A stretch of DNA of 55,469 nucleotides from a virus. Its lineage: Duplodnaviria > Caudoviricetes. The stretch is taken from positions 1 to 55,469 of the IMG/VR virus record IMGVR_UViG_3300002488_000008. The stretch is one strand, 5' to 3'. The notes below the pieces were generated by a model. It had not been told where the DNA came from, did no database searches, and saw nothing but the letters and a program-made list of their open reading frames with translations. Each line of letters opens with the position of its first letter. The stretch's first letter is position 1. The position numbers and the translations under genes are program-made. Shown here piece by piece: positions 50,570 to 55,469 of this stretch.

Positions 50570-53500
50570 ATGGTAGACCAAACTAATTCAGGTTTTATTA
50601 GTACCTTCTCTACTTCAGCAAGCAATACTGCAAGATTAAAGGATGAAGTTGATAGTATACATAGTTCAATTATATCTACATTAAATATTGCTACTGCGGG
50701 TAATAGAGTAATTAGTGGATTTACAATTACTCAAGGTTCAGCACTTGGGTATACTACTTATGCAGTAGCAACGGGTAAAATTTTAAGAAATGGTTTACTT
50801 GTAGAAGTTACTGGAGCAACAGTTAGCCCACAAACAGTTGTTAATACAGGTTTTGACCATTATAGCGTATTAGTTGTTAAGTTAGATGGCACAACTAATT
50901 CTTTAGAAATTAGAGATGGTGCTAAAACAGGATTTTCAGAGACTACCGTTTCAGTGTTAAGTCCTAATGATATACCAATTGCAGTAATAAAAAATATTAA
51001 AAATTCAGGAAATAGTAATACATCTAGACCCGTACAATGGTTAGGTTACACTCAAACTAATCAAGGGCTAAGTATTATTAATAGTAGTGCTGAAACTCTT
51101 AGAATTAATACAGATGGTACAATAACAAAAGGAGGGGCTACTCTTAATCTACCAACTTCAGGTGGAACAATTGCACGTACAGAAGACGTAGCATATGCAA
51201 GTGCAATTCCTAATGCTACTTCATCCCAAACAGGATTGGCTACATCTACTCAAATAACAAAACTAGATGGAATAGAAACAAATGCTACTGCTGACCAAAC
51301 TAAATCTGATATAAATACTCTTTACAATTGGTCAACCGACCCTGAAAGTGGGGCTACTGCTGACCAAACAGATACAGAAATAAAAAATGCATACCATAAT
51401 GTAGTTTCACAAGTTACTGATAATGAAAAAAATGCAGGAACTTCAACTGCAATTAGAGTATTTGCTCCTAAAGACATTAAAGATATAGCAGTTGCTCATG
51501 CAATTACGGCTAATACCGATGTTGATGTTAGTGTTGCTAATTTAAAAACAAAGTTGAATAGTGACTTTTTAGGTAATTTTACTATTGGAACACAATCAGA
51601 TGATGTGGCTACCTTTACAGGTGGAGTAACAATAGGTGGAGATTTAATAGTTAGTGGTACAACAACTACAGTAAATTCAGGAACTATAAATTTAGCAGAT
51701 AATTTTATTACATTAAATAGTGATATTACTGGTACTCCTAATAGTATCGCATATGATTCGGGTCTAGAAGTTGAAAGAGGAAGCGGTACAAATGTTCTCT
51801 TAAAATGGAATGAGGCATCAGATAGATGGACTTTTACTAATGATGGTAGTGCGTATTATAATATACCAATTTCTACAGAATATAATAATTACACTCATCC
51901 TACTAATGTTGTTACCAATTTAGATACAAGTGGTGCAGAAGTATTAGATACATTAGTTACTGATAGTACTGGACACATTACTGCTATGACAAAAAGAACA
52001 TTAACTAAAGCAAATTTAGGATTAGGTAATGTTGAAAATACTGCTATCTCTAGTTTTGCAGGTACAAGTAATATTACAACTGTAGGAACTATAACAACAG
52101 GAACATGGCAAGGTACTGCAATTGCCACTGCTTATATTGCTAATAGTGCTATAACTACTGCTAAAATAAATGATGATGCAATTACTGCTGATAAAATTGC
52201 TAATGGAGTTATTGGTAATACTGCTATTGCTTCAGATGCAAATATTGCCCAAGATAAAATAAATGGTTTATCTACTTCCTTAGCAGGTAAAGAACCTAGT
52301 CTCACAATTGGAAATGGACTAACTAGAACAGGGTCAACGTTAAAAATTAATATTAATGATTCTAGTGGTGGATTAGGACTAGAAACAGGTATTGATAGAA
52401 CGGCTGACTTTATTATGTTTGACGATGGTTCAGTTACTTCAGGTAATCCTTTAAGAAGGGCTAGTTTAGTTAATATTTTTGATAAATTAATTGCGAGTGA
52501 TATTCCTGCTCTTGCATATTTAGCATCAGATACAACTGCTATTGTTAATGCTAATATTGCCGCTAATGCCGCTATTAGTTCTGATAAATTAGCAGATGGA
52601 ACAAATAATAAACTATTTACTGCTACCTTAAAATCTAAGTTAGATGGCATTGCAAATGGTGCTGAAGTTAATGTAAAGTCAAATTGGAATGAAACATCTT
52701 CTTCCGCAGATTCTTTCATAGAAAATAAACCAACAATTCCTTCAGGAAATCAAATTATAGATTGGACAGTAGACCAAAGTTCAACAAACATACATGCAGG
52801 TAATTATATTAATACAGAATATTCTGTTGGTGATGGAGGATTAACTCAAGTTAATTTCACAACTGCTAGAAGTAATAAGTTAGATGGTATTGCTAATAAT
52901 GCTAATAATTTCTCACTTACCACAGGAGCAGTAACTAACGACCATTTAGCAGGTTCTATTGCTCAAAGTAAAATCTCAGGATTAACTACTGCTTTAGGAA
53001 ATACTATTACAACATTAGGTGATTTAGGAATAACTGCAAATGCAACTGAAATAAACAGACTAGATGGTATCTTAGTAAATGCTACAACATTAAATTATCT
53101 TTCTAATGTTACAGGTGATATACAAAGTCAACTAAATTCTAAATTAGATGGTAATAATATTCTTGGTTATACATTAACTGCGGCAAATACTTCTGACGGT
53201 AATGATGTTGTTCTAAAACTAACAGGTGCAAACGGTGGCGGTACTAGTTCCGTAATAGTAGAAGGTGGAACGTCTATAAATACTAGTGTAGGCAATAGCG
53301 GGCAATTAGTTTTAGATGCTTTATCTGCGGTTGCAAGTATAGCATTTACAGAAGGATTGTTAACATTAACATATACAGATGGAAGCACTATTACTACAAC
53401 TTTACCGGATGCTACAACTTCTGCTCATGGTTTAATGACTGATACGCAGTTTGACCAATTAGCGGCTAATGTATCTAAGTTAGCAAATATAGAAGCAAAT

Positions 53501-55469
53501 GCTGATGTAACTGATACTGCAAATGTAACTGCGGCAGGAGCATTAATGGATTCAGAACTCACTGACCTTGCAGGAGTTAAAGGAGTAACAATATCTACAT
53601 TACAAGTAAAACCATCAGAAGGTGCTTTTGCAGATGGAGATAAAACTAAGTTAGATAGTATTGAAGCATCTGCAACGGCAGACCAAACTGCGGCAGAAAT
53701 TAGAACCCTTGTTGAATCTGCTTCTGATTCAAATGTATTTACTGATGCTGACCATTCTAAACTCAATGCAATAGAAGCAAGTGCTACTGCTGACCAAACT
53801 GCTAGTGAAATTACTGCCTTACTTAATGATGTAGCATCATACAGTTTAGGAACTGCTGATTCAGGAATTATTACAGTTAATCACGATTTAACTGTTGCAG
53901 GAGATTTAATTATAAGTGGTGATACAACTACTGTAAACTCAAACACTGTAAACATAGGGGATAGTATAATTACTCTTAATTCAGATGAAACAGGAACACC
54001 ATCACAAGATGCGGGAATAGAAATAGAAAGAGGAAGTTCTACTAATAAAACATTATTTTGGGATGAGAGTGAAGATGAATGGACTATTGGTGCTGAGAGA
54101 TTTAAAGCGGGTTCTTTTGAGGGAGATGGTTCATTACTAACTGCACTTAATGGTAGTCAAATAACAAGTGGAACTATAGCGGCAGGTAGAATTGCTACAC
54201 TAAATCAAGATACAACAGGTAATGCCGCTACTGCTACTAAAATTGCTTCTATAACAAATAGTAATATTGTTCAATTAACAGAAACTCAAACACTAACAAA
54301 TAAAACAATTAATGCAAGTAATAATACTCTAAGTAATATTGGTAACAGTTCTCTAACTAATAGTTCTATCACTATTGATGGAACTTCTGTTTCTTTGGGA
54401 GGTAGTATGTCTACTACTAATACACAATTAACAACAGAACAAGTTCAAGATATTGTAGGTGGTATGTTTGCTTCCAATACTGAAACTAGAATTAGTGCAA
54501 CCTATGTAGATGGTGGAGATGGAGCAGGTAAAATTAATCTTGTCGTAGATGACATGACCGCTAATGATAATACATTTAGAACTGTAACGGCAGGTGGAAA
54601 TACATTAGGTTCTAGTGAAACGTTAGCATTTACTGCCGGAACAGGAATTACTATTGCTGAAAGTGGTGGTGCAGTAACCATTACTAATTCTGTTACTGAT
54701 ACTAATACACAAAACGTATTTGCATCTTCGTTTGTTGATTCTTCTGATGATATTATATTGCGTTTAACTAAAAGTGGTGCAAGTAGTGGAACACAAGACA
54801 TTAAGTTTGTAGCAGGTTCTAATGTTACATTAACACATACAGATGCAAATAATATTACTATTGCATCCACAGATACCAATACTCAACTAACCCAAGAGCA
54901 GGTTGAAGACTTCGTAGCAGGTGTAATCGTAGCAGGTTCTAATATCACCAAGACATATGACGATACGGCAGGAACGTTGACTCTTGCCTCTACTGATACT
55001 AATACTCAATTATCGCAAGCACAAGTTCGTGACTTTGCAGGAGGTATGTTTACAGGAAATACTGAAACTTTTATTACTGCTACTTATCAAACAGGTGATG
55101 ATACAGTAGATTTAGTAGTTCCAGTATTAGATGAAAATGACCTTTCCTCTGATTCTGATACTCATCTTGCTACACAACAATCTATCAAGGCATATGTTGA
55201 TTCTCAAACAAGTGTAACTACTGTTGCTGATAGCACCGCAAATACAAATTTCCCCGTAGTATTCCACAATGAATCTAATGGATTATTAGATGATACGGGA
55301 GCATTAAGATATAATCCAAGTACAGGAACTTTGCTTGTTCCTAATTTAAGTGTTGCAGGAACTACAACTACTGTTGATACAGTTACAATGAATGCGGCTA
55401 ATGCAGTAGTGTTTGAAGGTGCAACTCCCGATGCTCATGAAACTACATTAACTATTACAGACCCAACTG
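50570..55469 (+). CDS. Long tail fibre protein, truncated by the window end (>1630 aa); not in ORF track
   Basis: ATG 50570 (MVDQTNSG...). The frame still reads as fibre sequence at the end (FEGATPDAHETTLTITDPT). Repeats include KLDGIE..ATADQT, GDL.VSG.TTTVNS...G.E.ERG and TNTQL..EQV.D. Confidence 0.85.
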   Translation, partial: MVDQTNSGFISTFSTSASNTARLKDEVDSIHSSIISTLNIATAGNRVISGFTITQGSALGYTTYAVATGKILRNGLLVEVTGATVSPQTVVNTGFDHYSVLVVKLDGTTNSLEIRDGAKTGFSETTVSVLSPNDIPIAVIKNIKNSGNSNTSRPVQWLGYTQTNQGLSIINSSAETLRINTDGTITKGGATLNLPTSGGTIARTEDVAYASAIPNATSSQTGLATSTQITKLDGIETNATADQTKSDINTLYNWSTDPESGATADQTDTEIKNAYHNVVSQVTDNEKNAGTSTAIRVFAPKDIKDIAVAHAITANTDVDVSVANLKTKLNSDFLGNFTIGTQSDDVATFTGGVTIGGDLIVSGTTTTVNSGTINLADNFITLNSDITGTPNSIAYDSGLEVERGSGTNVLLKWNEASDRWTFTNDGSAYYNIPISTEYNNYTHPTNVVTNLDTSGAEVLDTLVTDSTGHITAMTKRTLTKANLGLGNVENTAISSFAGTSNITTVGTITTGTWQGTAIATAYIANSAITTAKINDDAITADKIANGVIGNTAIASDANIAQDKINGLSTSLAGKEPSLTIGNGLTRTGSTLKININDSSGGLGLETGIDRTADFIMFDDGSVTSGNPLRRASLVNIFDKLIASDIPALAYLASDTTAIVNANIAANAAISSDKLADGTNNKLFTATLKSKLDGIANGAEVNVKSNWNETSSSADSFIENKPTIPSGNQIIDWTVDQSSTNIHAGNYINTEYSVGDGGLTQVNFTTARSNKLDGIANNANNFSLTTGAVTNDHLAGSIAQSKISGLTTALGNTITTLGDLGITANATEINRLDGILVNATTLNYLSNVTGDIQSQLNSKLDGNNILGYTLTAANTSDGNDVVLKLTGANGGGTSSVIVEGGTSINTSVGNSGQLVLDALSAVASIAFTEGLLTLTYTDGSTITTTLPDATTSAHGLMTDTQFDQLAANVSKLANIEANADVTDTANVTAAGALMDSELTDLAGVKGVTISTLQVKPSEGAFADGDKTKLDSIEASATADQTAAEIRTLVESASDSNVFTDADHSKLNAIEASATADQTASEITALLNDVASYSLGTADSGIITVNHDLTVAGDLIISGDTTTVNSNTVNIGDSIITLNSDETGTPSQDAGIEIERGSSTNKTLFWDESEDEWTIGAERFKAGSFEGDGSLLTALNGSQITSGTIAAGRIATLNQDTTGNAATATKIASITNSNIVQLTETQTLTNKTINASNNTLSNIGNSSLTNSSITIDGTSVSLGGSMSTTNTQLTTEQVQDIVGGMFASNTETRISATYVDGGDGAGKINLVVDDMTANDNTFRTVTAGGNTLGSSETLAFTAGTGITIAESGGAVTITNSVTDTNTQNVFASSFVDSSDDIILRLTKSGASSGTQDIKFVAGSNVTLTHTDANNITIASTDTNTQLTQEQVEDFVAGVIVAGSNITKTYDDTAGTLTLASTDTNTQLSQAQVRDFAGGMFTGNTETFITATYQTGDDTVDLVVPVLDENDLSSDSDTHLATQQSIKAYVDSQTSVTTVADSTANTNFPVVFHNESNGLLDDTGALRYNPSTGTLLVPNLSVAGTTTTVDTVTMNAANAVVFEGATPDAHETTLTITDPT

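Larger units (their letters stand above)
1..55469 (+). mobile_element. Tailed dsDNA virus (Caudoviricetes) genome fragment, head-neck-tail module; probably archaeal (magrovirus-like)
   Basis: TerL, portal, prohead protease, MCP, tail tube, chaperone, tape measure and fibre are in canonical order, all on the + strand, with no cellular housekeeping genes. AGGTGA SD sites at about 1813, 2367, 2615, 2888, 7214, 7380, 15314 and 27504. The host assignment is inferred. Confidence 0.9.

Noticed and set aside
2097-54879. All minus-strand ORFs in the track (e.g. 3150-3446, 3443-3844, 33364-33897, 52132-52719)
   Set aside because: They are antisense shadows of K/E-rich or T/A/G-rich + strand genes (F/L/S-rich or V/A-rich), with no SD sites or motifs, and almost all lie opposite better-supported genes.
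1-55469. tRNA/rRNA genes, stop-codon reassignment, diversity-generating retroelement
   Set aside because: No cloverleaf or rRNA-like segment was noticed by eye. TAA, TAG and TGA all end genes at coupled junctions with high coding density. There is no reverse transcriptase or adenine-specific TR/VR pair.

Overview
The whole window reads as one + strand morphogenesis region of a large tailed dsDNA virus with an HK97-type head and a non-contractile tail. It is most likely an archaeal virus of the marine magrovirus/halovirus type; I infer this from the AT-richness, GGTGA-type Shine-Dalgarno sites, a TATA-like box, and the capsid/portal/protease sequence style. Gene order: non-coding AT-rich stretch, array of about 25 small translationally coupled ORFs, putative terminase small subunit, very large K/E-rich proteins, GNAT-like protein, terminase large subunit, LAGLIDADG protein, portal, ATP-dependent ligase-like protein, prohead protease with nested scaffold, major capsid protein, decoration-type proteins, a membrane-protein/small-GTPase module, neck, tail tube, frameshifted tail chaperone, tape measure, tail tip proteins, and a truncated tail fibre. 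Two signals stand out. (1) About 19 otherwise unrelated ORFs begin with the same peptide, M-[SDNK]-W-x-x-[ILV]-[ILV]-K. It also appears at the C-terminus of the scaffold (MSWGDIH) and ends in a Lys motif like those flanking the protease domain. This suggests a cleavable capsid-targeting tag that loads many cargo proteins into the virion. (2) An Arf/Ras-like small GTPase with all G1-G5 motifs sits in an operon with membrane proteins, possibly a membrane-remodelling or egress module. All family assignments come from reading motifs by eye; no database search was run.
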